64,000 nucleotides of DNA from an uncultured Acidobacteriota bacterium (GCA_963822445.1 CAWGHO010000001.1:448001-512000); one strand, 5' to 3'. Shown: positions 48,329 to 58,432, counted from the stretch's first letter. A program made the numbers and translations. Notes: a model not told the origin generated them from the letters alone.

Positions 48329-49701
48329 CTAGCTGGCGAGGCCAGCGGTACGTCGCAGATCGGCGTTTGCTCGACGCCGAAGACTGTGGGCGATGCCGAC
48401 GACGGCACCGGAACGTCAGGACGTTCCCAACCGAGCACCATCTCCTGCATCAGGTCGAGCTCGATGTTGAAGTAGTGCTTGTTCACGGTCGCGACGCTCG
48501 TATCGCCCATCATCTTCACGACGGCGAGCAGGTGTGCGGGCGTTTTGCCGCGCTGCGCGATGTGCGAGGCGCCGGTGTGGCGGAAGTTGAAGAACTGGCC
48601 CTTCTTCCCTTCGAGGTCGTAGCCGAGCATGCGGCCGGCGATTTCGAGCGAGGCGATTCCACTGCTTGCGGATGTCGACGTACGGCTCGCCCGTTGAAGG
48701 GTTGACGTGGATCGGCCCGGAAGCGTTCGCGGGCCGAATGGACGCGAGGTAGTCGACCAGTTCCGCGGCGAGAGGGCCGCGCGCCTTGATGCCCTTGTTG
48801 ACGTTCTTGTGCTTGTCGAGCTGATACCAGCCGGTGCGGCTTGCGGGGTCTAGCGTGACCTCTTCCCACGTGAGGAAGCGATTGCACTTCGGCCGCATCA
48901 GCGTGTAGTAGCCGATGAGGCACAGCCCGCGGAGCGGGATGTACGAAGGCGACCGAAGGCCGCGGTTCTTCTTTTCCTGCGCAACGCGGGCGTTCCAGGC
49001 GGCTTGCTCGGCTTCGTACTCGCGGAGCGCTGGCCCCATGAGGATGCCGAGCTCCAAACGTGACCACGGCTCCGGCTCGTCATCGTGCACGACTTGCGGC
49101 ACCGGCACACCCTCTAAGTGATGGCGCGGGATGATCCGCTGCGCCTTCGCGCGGTTGAGCATCGCGAGGAGCATGTTTGCGTAATGGCGTTGCGTCTCAG
49201 CGCTGAGGCACCCGACCTCGGCGATCAGCTCCTCATAGAGCGGATAGGTCAGCGTCTCGATATCGCGCTCCGCGTCCGTAGAACGCTTCGATGGCGTCGA
49301 TGCGCGATTTGGCGTGGTCGTAATCCTTGCTTGTTGTCGATGAGGTACCGGCGATAGTTCGACGTGACGGCGAGGAAGCGAACGATGCTTGCCTCTTTAA
49401 CCTCGGCCGCTTTGGCGCGCACGACGCCAGCGTTCAGCTTCTTCTCCTCCGCCTCTTTCACCTGCTGCGCGGCGAGCTTCGATAGCTTCTTGTTACGAGG
49501 GTACGGCGAGTAACGCTTGATGCGAATGTCGATCGGCTCGGCTTCGATCTCCTCGATCGGCCGGCCCGTCTTCGCGGCGCGTTTCGCGCGGTACGGCGGA
49601 CACTGGTCGCACGTGCAGAAGGCGGGATGCGTAATCGGCGGCTCGATGCAGAGGCTACCGATGCGGCCCGAAACCCAGCTCGGCTCGGACTTATACGCCA
49701 T
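48329..49701 (-). pseudogene. Tyrosine recombinase/integrase, frameshifted (3' end approximate)
   Basis: Fragments: MAYKSEP..., LLAMLNRAK, GYYTLMRPK (Arg I), FFNFRHTGASH (HxxR box), MMGDTS...KHY (catalytic Tyr); adjacent to the tRNA. Confidence 0.8.
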
Positions 49702-49890
49702 GTGTGTCTCCCTTACCCGCCGCGCGCGGCCGATCGCTCGCGGCGAGGTCCGCAAGGATCGGCCGCTGTTGGGTCACGCCGGAATGGAGGTTGAACCGGC
49801 GCGGCGCGGCGGAGGTGAAAGTGACGGCGAGTCCCTTACCTGCGGCCTGTCGTGAGTTGCGCTCGACCATCGATCACCTGTCAAGCGTTA

Positions 49891-49919
49891 ATTATAGGTT
49901 CTCACTTGTGAGAAGACAA
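49891..49919 (-). promoter_or_regulatory. Sigma70 promoter toward the integrase with an embedded palindromic operator
   Basis: Minus strand TTGTCT-17 nt-TATAAT; overlapped by TTCTCAC-TT-GTGAGAA (49899-49914); CAAGCGTTA direct repeats on either side. Confidence 0.7.
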
Positions 49920-50000
49920 GCGTTATCATGACTGAGAAGCATGCGAAAGCGGTCGTCGAGTGGACGGACTCCGCGCGGAAGCAGGGCGATACTTTCGCCG

Positions 50001-50414
50001 ATGGCAACGCGCACGCCGAGGGGCAAGGGAAAGACGTTCACGGAGGAGTTCGGAGAGCGGCTGCGGAGCGCGCGGGAGCGGCGCGGCTTCACGCAGGAGC
50101 AGCTCGCGGAGATGGTCGGCATCACCGCTTCGCGCGAATCGGAGTATGAAAGCGGACGCTTCGCGCCGCAGCTCGAGAAAGCGGCAAAGCTGGCGGTGGC
50201 GTTAGAGGTGTCACTCGATGCGCTGGTTGGACGCGACACACCCGAGGTGACCGAGGACATCCGCGATCCGAAGTTGCGGGCAAGCGTGCGAGAGCTGGAG
50301 GCGACGGCGAACGCGCGCTACCTCGACGCGGCAAGCCTGGCGGTGGAAGGCTTCGCATCGCTCGCGCGACATGACGAATTCGAGTCACGCCGGCCGAGGC
50401 GCCGGAAGCCGTAG
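50001..50414 (+). CDS. XRE-family HTH repressor
   Basis: FGERLRSARERRGFTQEQLAEMVGI...YESGRFAP...LAVALEVSLDALV. Confidence 0.9.
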   Translation: MATRTPRGKGKTFTEEFGERLRSARERRGFTQEQLAEMVGITASRESEYESGRFAPQLEKAAKLAVALEVSLDALVGRDTPEVTEDIRDPKLRASVRELEATANARYLDAASLAVEGFASLARHDEFESRRPRRRKP

Positions 50415-50785
50415 CCCGGACGGGCGGGCGGCACGTGGTTCACGCCGAGCAGCCAGACGGAGCAGCCGACGCATAACTGCACGTCCTCTGCGCGTCACCG
50501 GCAGGGGTCAAGCCGGCCGGGCGGTGGAGGGCTTGACGCCTGCCGGTGACGCGCTATCACGTTGCATGCGTCGGCTGATTCGGCGCCCGCAGCATGGAGG
50601 CGGGGCGGCGGACGAGCGATGCTCCAGAGGTCAGAGCACGTCGCGCTCCGTCGGCCATCGCTGCACTCACCCACGCGTGCTGCAGCGCACCGTTGTCAAG
50701 TCTCCCCGGCGAGAGACTTGATAACGGTGGGCTGCGGCACGACGTCCTAGCGCGATGGCCGACGGTCGTGTTTGCGAGTTAGTCG

Positions 50786-51223
50786 TTACGGGGTTTGAGA
50801 AGTGCGGCGCTTGCCGATGGCGGCAATCTCGAGCCGTTGCCGCAGTTCGTCTGTAGGCGTCCACGTACCGTCCTGGCGACGGCGAGCATCGAATCGCTCG
50901 CGGCCGTCGAGAACCGAGGGCGGCGAATCGACAGTCGGAAGCTCCCACGTCCGAATCGTGAAGTCGGAGTCTTCATCCCACTCCCCTGAGTCGAAGAAGC
51001 CATCGTCGCGGAAGGTCATGTAGTTGAACGTGGCGCCCGCGACCGAGACGGGACGCCGGCCGTCGAGTCGAACGTGGATCGTGGCGAGGCGGACGCGTTG
51101 GCCACTCAGCTCAGGGAACGGCACGACGACCTTCTGGAGGATCAGATCGTAGAACGCGGATCGAGCGAGCCGATGAATCGTGCCGTCCTCCGCGAGGAGG
51201 TAGTACCGCGGCGACGTCGCCAT
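50786..51223 (-). CDS. Hypothetical protein
   Basis: 145-aa ORF with protein-like composition, co-oriented with the upstream defence genes. Confidence 0.65.
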   Translation of the reverse strand: MATSPRYYLLAEDGTIHRLARSAFYDLILQKVVVPFPELSGQRVRLATIHVRLDGRRPVSVAGATFNYMTFRDDGFFDSGEWDEDSDFTIRTWELPTVDSPPSVLDGRERFDARRRQDGTWTPTDELRQRLEIAAIGKRRTSQTP

Positions 51224-51308
51224 GCCGCAATTTTACCTCGGCGGCCGCGATGCTCACTCAGCGCGGGAGGGCGGCACCCGCGGTGACAGGACAGTCGTGC
51301 GAACAGCG

Positions 51309-51851
51309 TCAGAACATCTGAGGCTGCGCGAACTCGGCGACGTGATCGTGGATGTACTCCTCGGCGCGCGAGCGCACGTCGGCGTCCGCGGACGAGAGAA
51401 GCGTCACGAGGTCGTCGGGCGTCTTCAGCGTCGAGAACGTCTTCGTCGGCGCGACGTACACGACCGCTGGTTTCGAGCGCGCGACGAGACGCGCGACGTT
51501 CACGAGTGTGCCGGTGCTCTGCCCGTCCCACAACGCCAATCCAACGTCGGCTTCTTCGGCCATCGCGGCGTCCTTCGCCGTGAAGAAAGCAAAGTCGCGG
51601 GCACGATGCGGCGCATCGATCGCACGCACGCGCCAGTTGCCGATGTTGTTCCGACAATCGCCGGCGGTGCAGAAGACGAGGACGTTCGGGTAGCGCTGGT
51701 CGGCGAAGTAGGTCTGAATCGCTTTGTCGGCGCCGTTGGCATCGCCGACAAGGATCGTGAGCTCCCGGCGGATCATCTCTTCGAGGCGCGACTGAACCTC
51801 GGCCGGAAGCCGGGAGATTCGTCGAGAACCGGAAAGGAACACTTTCTTCAT
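51309..51851 (-). CDS. SLOG-superfamily (DprA/YspA-like) protein
   Basis: VFLSGSR, LVGDANGADK, KDAAMA..D, WDGQSTGT. Confidence 0.75.
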   Translation of the reverse strand: MKKVFLSGSRRISRLPAEVQSRLEEMIRRELTILVGDANGADKAIQTYFADQRYPNVLVFCTAGDCRNNIGNWRVRAIDAPHRARDFAFFTAKDAAMAEEADVGLALWDGQSTGTLVNVARLVARSKPAVVYVAPTKTFSTLKTPDDLVTLLSSADADVRSRAEEYIHDHVAEFAQPQMF

Positions 51852-52432
51852 ACGCGCCGCGTCTTGGTCAGAGCGAATGCAAAGATGATAGCCGCTCCGG
51901 CGTTGGCGAGCGCAGCGGCGACGGCACCGAGAGTCGCGCCCGAGCGGATCAGGTCGTCCACAAGCAGCACGCGCTTGCCGCCGATCGCCCGCGCGTTCAC
52001 GGTGAGTGCGTCTTTCAGCACGGCTTCGCGTTCGTGGAACTCGCGAAGGTCCTTCAACTCAGCCGCGCCCGGGGCTTTCTTGGAGACCGCCTTCACGACG
52101 GGCACGTTAAAGCGGCGCGCGAGCTCGTCGGCGATCTGGTGAAGCGGCTGAACGCGACGCGTTCGTGTCGGCGGCGCGGGAACGATCACGTCGAACTTGA
52201 TGCGCCAGGTGCGGATGAATTTCTCGGCGATGGTGCCGATCTCCTCGAGCGCGGACGCGTCGTTTCGATACTTCAGGCGGTAGAGCAACTCCCCGACCTC
52301 GGTGCGATGCGTGTCGAATTGCTCACGCCCGAATTCGTCGTGGCCGAGGAACTCGCTGCCCGTGGAGTGAAGGTCAAGGACTCGGCCGTCTGCCCATGGG
52401 CCGTCAATCTTACGAGGGTTCGTTTTAGTCAC
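51848..52432 (-). CDS. ComF-like phosphoribosyltransferase
   Basis: GELLYRLKY, IVPAPP, VLLVDDLIRSGATL PRPP loop; stop overlaps the SLOG start (ATGA). Confidence 0.88.
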   Translation of the reverse strand: MTKTNPRKIDGPWADGRVLDLHSTGSEFLGHDEFGREQFDTHRTEVGELLYRLKYRNDASALEEIGTIAEKFIRTWRIKFDVIVPAPPTRTRRVQPLHQIADELARRFNVPVVKAVSKKAPGAAELKDLREFHEREAVLKDALTVNARAIGGKRVLLVDDLIRSGATLGAVAAALANAGAAIIFAFALTKTRRV

Positions 52433-52483
52433 GCTTAAATTGTAGCTGCCGTGGACCAGTGAACATCGCGTCTTCGAAACAGT

Positions 52484-53338
52484 TCACGTGTTAGCGCTTC
52501 GGGCATTCCACTCGGCGGATAGGCGAGCGCGATTGCGCTCGTGTATAAAGCTCGGAATGAGCGGTGCAGCGGCTCGCCGGACGTGATACTCCGACATCAT
52601 CGCGGCCGCTTCAAGAACCGAAATATCCTGTCGTTCCAGAAGCCGGCGAGCTTTTCGCTCACACGCTTCGGCACCGTCGCGAAATCCCTTATACCCGAGC
52701 GCCTGCCGGCCAACGGTGGCAGAAAACGCGAAAACAACAACCGCAATCGCAACACGCGCAGTTGTGTCGAGCGCTGCAACCTGATCCGCCATCTCGATCG
52801 CCACTATGAGACTAATGAAACCAAATGCAAGGAGCATCACGAAGGCGACCGCATATGAGCGGAACATCTCGGCCGCCAAATATTTGCTCCACCACGCAGA
52901 CTCGTGAGTCTGGCGGACAGCACGCGTGGAACCGTGAGCGTCGTTCGCGGCGGCGAAGTATGGCTGGACTGCAGTCTCTCCGGCCTGGCTCTTCGACGTG
53001 ACCCTGGGCAGCGTGAGCCTGAGGTCGGCGATCTCCTCGATTGGAAGTGGCTGGCCGAAGCCTTCGTGCAAGTCGAGTTGCCGGAGTAGCCACTCTGCAA
53101 CGCTCTTGCGTTTCTCGGCCAAGTACGCGGCTATTTCTGCAGCAACTGCAGCCGCGGCGACAATCCAAACAGCGCCACGCGCGTACTCTGCGAAGACAAC
53201 GACCGTCAGACCAATGACGAAAGTGAGAATGCGCAGCACTACCGAAACGATCCAGCGATTCTTCGCCGACTCGAAAAGCAGCCGCAAAAAGATGCGAACA
53301 GAGGTGAGACTGAGCTCAGGTATAGATTGGGAACTCAT
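52484..53338 (-). CDS. 4-TM membrane effector (S-4TM-like), CBASS effector candidate
   Basis: Two pairs of TM helices separated by a soluble segment (QPYF...ESAWWS); start overlaps the CD-NTase 3' end. Confidence 0.75.
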   Translation of the reverse strand: MSSQSIPELSLTSVRIFLRLLFESAKNRWIVSVVLRILTFVIGLTVVVFAEYARGAVWIVAAAAVAAEIAAYLAEKRKSVAEWLLRQLDLHEGFGQPLPIEEIADLRLTLPRVTSKSQAGETAVQPYFAAANDAHGSTRAVRQTHESAWWSKYLAAEMFRSYAVAFVMLLAFGFISLIVAIEMADQVAALDTTARVAIAVVVFAFSATVGRQALGYKGFRDGAEACERKARRLLERQDISVLEAAAMMSEYHVRRAAAPLIPSFIHERNRARLSAEWNARSANT

Positions 53339-54320
53339 TGCCGAACACCGCACGCCAAGTTGTCTTCGCAGCCATGGAATGCCCGCGACGGTCGAGCGCT
53401 ACGGCGCGTTGCACCGCCTGGGAAGTCTTTCGTACTGCGAAGCGGTATCGTGCCTTCGTAGCGAGATTCACGTCGCGATCAAGCGCAGGTCCAAGATTCT
53501 TAGGATCGGGACAGGCCGCCATCAGGTGCGGATCTATGTTGGCAAAGAACCGAGCGAGATAGTCAGGAACAGACAAAGACGGAGGCGCGCCGTCAAAGAG
53601 ATTCAGTACTAGCGTCTCCAGATGGTACGACCCGAGCACCGGCTTGTGAGTTCGCTTGTTCCAGTACTTGATGAGTCGAATCGTGGGCCGCAGGAGACCG
53701 CCGTGGGCAGCATTGCAGCGGTCGATTCGTGCTGCATCAAGGCGCGGATCGGTCAGTGACCACTGCGCGCGGCCGTTGGGGATCGCGAAGACGAGATCGC
53801 CGGATTCGAGACGAATCGGGATCGCTGGTGCGATATCGAATGCCCAAGGCGTTGATGAGAGGTCAACGTTTACGACGTGCATATCTTTGCGAACGTCAGA
53901 GCGTCTGTAATGCGGCAGAGCCTGTACGTGATCTCGGAGCGCAAAAAGAAGCCGAGTCGAATTTAAGAAACCATTCTGCGCAAGCGTTGATAACGGATTC
54001 AGCGGATGCACGTGCAGCTGGTACCCGCCAAACGGCCAAGTCCTCAGCTCCGTACCCCAACCATCAAACAGCAGGAGGAGATCGAGATCGTCGAGAGGTT
54101 GCAGTTTCGTTCCTCGAGCGAAAGATCCGGACGGCAACCAGTAGCCGGTCGGAGCCGGGAACATAGTGCTGTCGAGGATGCGGTCGATGAGAAACTGCTG
54201 ACTGGATTTGGCGCGTTCCACTTGGGTTGATTCGAGATCGACGTGCTCGCGTCGGAACCTTGCGAATGCGTCGGCCACAGGAAAAAGGGACGGAGGAGGA
54301 CGAAGCGCGAATGTGCTCAT
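53316..54320 (-). CDS. cGAS/DncV-like nucleotidyltransferase (SMODS/CD-NTase)
   Basis: SGSFARGT..PLDDLDLL (GS...DxD), FDIAPA third Asp, IPNG..W.LTDP, IRLIKYWN, SYHLE, DPK. Confidence 0.88.
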   Translation of the reverse strand: MSTFALRPPPSLFPVADAFARFRREHVDLESTQVERAKSSQQFLIDRILDSTMFPAPTGYWLPSGSFARGTKLQPLDDLDLLLLFDGWGTELRTWPFGGYQLHVHPLNPLSTLAQNGFLNSTRLLFALRDHVQALPHYRRSDVRKDMHVVNVDLSSTPWAFDIAPAIPIRLESGDLVFAIPNGRAQWSLTDPRLDAARIDRCNAAHGGLLRPTIRLIKYWNKRTHKPVLGSYHLETLVLNLFDGAPPSLSVPDYLARFFANIDPHLMAACPDPKNLGPALDRDVNLATKARYRFAVRKTSQAVQRAVALDRRGHSMAAKTTWRAVFGNEFPIYT

Positions 54321-54330
54321 CTACATGATC

Positions 54331-56202
54331 TCACTCTGCCGGTACCGACTCAGGCGTCAGCTGAGCGACTCCTGATGCGGGCTGCAGTTTGCCAAGTTTT
54401 GAGCCGAGTTCGCGCTTCACAGAGTTGTACACGTGGTAGCGGGGCATTACGACCGCAGTTAGTGCTTCTTCGGAGATGGCCTTCTCGATGTGTTCTGGTG
54501 ACCATTCGCGTGAATTACGAAGAGCTTGAGCGCCAATGACGGTCTCGACCAGAGATTGCTCGAACCACCCATGAACAGCCTCCGTCACTAGATCGCGGAT
54601 CGCAGTGGACGTCGGAAGGTCATGGCACCATTTATCGATCATGTCAGTGAAGACTCGAAAATCGGCATTGATGAGAAGGTGATTGAGTTCGGGAATGTAT
54701 CGTCCTGCGCGATCCTCAAAGTCCCCCGGCTCGCGCGTACCGTTCTTAACGCTGACCCAATCAACTTTGGGGAATAGATCCGGCCGGACGCGATCTCCCG
54801 GCGCACCGTCTGTTTTAAGAAAGACGGCATATATCCCTCCCGCCTGGCCACCCTTTGTCCCGGACCGTGAAGTTGATGCGGTCGTTGAGCCACCGGCACC
54901 TCTCGGTTCACCACCGCGAACCGTTTCGTCGGGGTCGACCCGCAGAGACCCGTTTGGCGTTACCCGATAGCGGCTGACTTTATAGAGATCTAGAATTTGC
55001 TTGAGCCGTTCCCGGATGGATTGAGAGTGATCCGATGCGGAGGATGCTGCCGCTTTTTCTTCGATCAATTGCTGAATTGCCTTGGGCATGGCAGCTCGAA
55101 ATTCCGAGGCCCAGTCGCTCCACGGCAAGGGTTCTCTATGGATGAGAAGCTGCGTGCGAGCCGTGTTCGTCGTAATGAGCTTGCCATCCTCGCCCAGCGG
55201 TTCAACGTAGATGACAACTTGCCGATGGCCAAAAAGTACCCCGAACTGCTGTAGCTTCGCCATTCCTGGGCGCGCCGTCGCAAGTTCATAAAGCTCACCG
55301 CGGTAGAGCGCGGCGACATGACCGGATGATTCGATAAAGCCGGAGTTCTGAGATAGCGAGTCGTCGTCGCGAAGAATCCACCAATGAGCTGTGGCATTTG
55401 ACAGGGAGACCGTGCCGGATCCGACAGCGTGCTTCTGCAGATACTCGCGCTGGCCCGTTAGCGTGCGAAGCAAGTTGCGATCTTTGTCGGAGCGTGGTGT
55501 TTTCCAGCCCTCGCGCGCCTTGACTGTTATGCCGGAAGGAAATTCAAAAAAGCGACTGTTGAGATACTTGCTGATCCATCGCGATGGAGAGGAGGCCCCG
55601 GGCGGCGCTGTCATCGTATCGGCATTCGGCGAATTGCCCATGAGCAACACCATGGTGCCGTGATCAGCGATTAGCGGTGGACGAACGGTATCGTCAACTT
55701 CGACAAAGTGAGTCCAACCGCCATCGGGTAGCGGAAACTGCCGCAGTCCGTACTGACCGGTTTCAGGATCGCGCCACAAATGAAGCATCGTCCCGCGGCC
55801 GTTCTTCCAAGATAGGTAGATGAGGCCGTGGTGATTGCGCGTGGCAGCGGCGATCTTTGCTCCGACACCAAAGTTCCCCGTGAGTGACTGCTCGGAAACG
55901 GACGACGAGAGCTGGTTAAGGTACTTAACCATTTCGTCGCCTGTCATCCCCTCGCCGGTGTCGGTAATTGAGAGCTTGTAGGCGCCCGTTTCGTCTAGCT
56001 CAAACGAGTTCCAGTCAACGTCCCATACGATCTCGCCCGTACGATCAGGCGTGCGCTGAATGGCCTCGATGGCATTTTGGGTCAGCTCACGGAGAAACTG
56101 CAGGGGATGACAGTCTTCGCCCAGACGGTCGAGCAGGAAACCAGTGTTGGCTACTTTGAGTGGGTAAGTCTTCTCGGACGACAAGCGGAGCGGCTTCGCC
56201 AT
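54331..56202 (-). CDS. GHKL (HSP90/MORC-like) ATPase-domain protein
   Basis: FLRELTQNAIEA (ExxxN), ITDTGEGM (DxGxG), GNFGVGAK; GGAGG RBS; stop 10 bp before the CD-NTase. Confidence 0.85.
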   Translation of the reverse strand: MAKPLRLSSEKTYPLKVANTGFLLDRLGEDCHPLQFLRELTQNAIEAIQRTPDRTGEIVWDVDWNSFELDETGAYKLSITDTGEGMTGDEMVKYLNQLSSSVSEQSLTGNFGVGAKIAAATRNHHGLIYLSWKNGRGTMLHLWRDPETGQYGLRQFPLPDGGWTHFVEVDDTVRPPLIADHGTMVLLMGNSPNADTMTAPPGASSPSRWISKYLNSRFFEFPSGITVKAREGWKTPRSDKDRNLLRTLTGQREYLQKHAVGSGTVSLSNATAHWWILRDDDSLSQNSGFIESSGHVAALYRGELYELATARPGMAKLQQFGVLFGHRQVVIYVEPLGEDGKLITTNTARTQLLIHREPLPWSDWASEFRAAMPKAIQQLIEEKAAASSASDHSQSIRERLKQILDLYKVSRYRVTPNGSLRVDPDETVRGGEPRGAGGSTTASTSRSGTKGGQAGGIYAVFLKTDGAPGDRVRPDLFPKVDWVSVKNGTREPGDFEDRAGRYIPELNHLLINADFRVFTDMIDKWCHDLPTSTAIRDLVTEAVHGWFEQSLVETVIGAQALRNSREWSPEHIEKAISEEALTAVVMPRYHVYNSVKRELGSKLGKLQPASGVAQLTPESVPAE

Positions 56203-56436
56203 CAAAATCCTCCATCGCGGGTCGGTAGGTGTGCGACCTCCCCACGTTTGAGTGTCGCGGCCGGCCGGCGGCAATGGGGAGCAACTCGCTCGCGATCGCG
56301 TGCCGGGCCAAGTCAACGACTGTTACAGCAAAGTATACCTGACGCAGCGGAGGGTCGAGCGGAGATGATCGCTACGAGGGAAGCTACGAGTTGCCGCACC
56401 GGCGAGATGCCTCAAATGCCAACGCGGGGGGGCGCC

Positions 56437-56746
56437 GGCGCGGCGCTTGCCCGCGGGACACGCGCGTGCACCACACGGACACCCGCTGCAAGCGACGTGA
56501 CGGCGCATGGGCGGTGGAAACGTGCGGCCGCGACGAGCGAACCCACAGGCGATGGGAGGGTGGGAAGTGGCGGCGCCGTTTTTGCGGCCGAGCCGCGCCG
56601 CTTTCATCCCATCGTTCTGCAAAAACGGTGACGCCACGAGGGGGCCGGCGATCTACACCCGGTGGACAACGCGACGCGCACGCAAGGTGCGTTGAACGAT
56701 CGACGAAGCGACCCATGTGCGTGATGGGCGGGCCGTGGGCGGAACA
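56437..56746. repeat. Hairpin-unit module A (2 units + terminal motif)
   Basis: GGCGC-N5-TTGC..GCAA-N5-GTGAC at 56437-56501 and 56572-56632; TGCGTGATGGGCGGGCCGTGGGCGGAACA at 56718-56746. Confidence 0.8.
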
Positions 56747-56807
56747 TAAGAGAGAACTGGCGATCCCCGCGGCAACACCGCTCCATGCGATGCGCGTGCG
56801 GCTGCAA

Positions 56808-58295
56808 TTAGGTCGTCCGGCACGGGCATTGTGCGTAAATCTCACCACTGCCGCATGGGCAGGGACCGTCGGCGACTTTACGAGCCAGGGTTTGGAGAAA
56901 TTCCGGCGGTCTTTCGTTATATTCCGCGGGAAAGATCATTTGCGACTCGACTGGGCGTCTCTTACGGTGGAGTTCTCCCGCGGTTTGTGCGTCTTCTGCC
57001 GACCAGATGCGTGCGTTGAAGTACATGAGGTCTTCGGAACGATCAACATGATTGAATCCGGCCTCCCCCGCGATCCCAATGATGTCCGTGGCGCTGGGGT
57101 GGCGATGCTTGAGAAGGCGGCACTCGGTTTCCAGGATCGCGGCACGACGTTCGCGATATTCTTCGTACGTCATTGACGCAAGTCGCGGAACGAATAGGAA
57201 GATCCAGCACGTCTCGTCTGCGTCACTTGGCACCAAACAACGTGTGTACGTATCGGTGGGAGTTGATTTCGTAAGACCTTCTAGCCACATCCGCCCCAAT
57301 GTTCGGCGACGCACTCGGCCCTCGCGAGCCATGAAGCGAAGAATAAGCTCTGAATCACTAAAGGAATCGTGCGGGTATGCAAACCATCGCCGGTCGTCGA
57401 GCGTGTTCGTAGCTGAAGCGTCGATCATGCGGTCCCACGCATAACTGAGATCGTTCAGTTCTTGCTCGTGCTTCCACCAACCGGAAGCCTCTAGTTGTTG
57501 CCACTGACCTTCGTCAATTTGGATCCCTTCCGACGTTAACTCCACGGCGAAAACACGCTGACCGAAGGGGCCGACGTTAGGCAGGTAGGCCGCCAGAAGG
57601 TCCTCCTCTGAACGCGCAAGCAAGGGTATCGGCGACCGCAAAAGTTCTTCCTTCGCGGCAAGATAGTCGACGAAATCTGTGATGGTGTCGAGAGAACGCA
57701 GCACGATTGGAAGGGACGCGTCGTCGAAGATGTGGACGAACGTTTTTGTGGGACATAGTTCCCCGGCCGTGAAAGGTTTTTTCAGGAGGTCGTCTTCTGC
57801 AAGCATGTTTGTGACTACGAGTCCGCCGGTACCGCCGAGAGCTTGGCGGGTTCGCTGGACTGAGCCGTGCGCCACTACTAGCAGATGGTATTTTGCGTCT
57901 GCGAATGAAGGGATGGACACCGGGAATCTTTGCTTACAAGCTCGGTCAACAAAGATTCGATCAGGATGATCTTTGACCCATCGTTCGGCACCCCGCAGTT
58001 GCTTCTCCGCGGCAAGGACACTTCGTCGGTACCACCGACTCCAGTCGAGTTCTGAGTTCTCGGTCGATGGGAAAACGCAATGTTTGTCGGAAAAGATCAG
58101 TATATGGTTTTCAAACACGACCAAGAGGTCGCAGAGTTCCTTCCCCTCACCGGTTTGACTGACACCCTTGTCTTGGTAGACGCAAGGGTAGCTCCATAGA
58201 CGTAGAAACGTGCCTTCGCAGAGTTCAGCGACAAATCTTTCGGATTCCGTTGTCGGCGAAGACTTCCTGATCGGATCGCGTTCTCGTTCGTCCAC
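56808..58295 (-). CDS. Putative PD-(D/E)xK/NERD-like nuclease with a C-terminal SEC-C zinc motif
   Basis: E..ELCDLLVVF..ILIFSDK..Q; C-terminus PCPCGSGEIYAQC. Confidence 0.7.
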   Translation of the reverse strand: MDERERDPIRKSSPTTESERFVAELCEGTFLRLWSYPCVYQDKGVSQTGEGKELCDLLVVFENHILIFSDKHCVFPSTENSELDWSRWYRRSVLAAEKQLRGAERWVKDHPDRIFVDRACKQRFPVSIPSFADAKYHLLVVAHGSVQRTRQALGGTGGLVVTNMLAEDDLLKKPFTAGELCPTKTFVHIFDDASLPIVLRSLDTITDFVDYLAAKEELLRSPIPLLARSEEDLLAAYLPNVGPFGQRVFAVELTSEGIQIDEGQWQQLEASGWWKHEQELNDLSYAWDRMIDASATNTLDDRRWFAYPHDSFSDSELILRFMAREGRVRRRTLGRMWLEGLTKSTPTDTYTRCLVPSDADETCWIFLFVPRLASMTYEEYRERRAAILETECRLLKHRHPSATDIIGIAGEAGFNHVDRSEDLMYFNARIWSAEDAQTAGELHRKRRPVESQMIFPAEYNERPPEFLQTLARKVADGPCPCGSGEIYAQCPCRTT

Positions 58296-58432
58296 GAGAG
58301 GCGCAATGCAAGGGTGCCGTCATTTCTTCCGCTAGTTCGGTCGAGCTTACTAGTTCGGCGGCTTCCACTCAGCGTAGAACAGTGCAGTGTGCATAGCGCT
58401 ATCGAGCCCGAAGGAGAGCGGGTGATGTTGAA

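Noticed and set aside
51848-52432. Competence gene comF
   Set aside because: Lacks the N-terminal zinc finger, lies in an island and is coupled to a SLOG gene.
56808-56860. secA
   Set aside because: Only the short SEC-C motif is present; no SecA ATPase domains.
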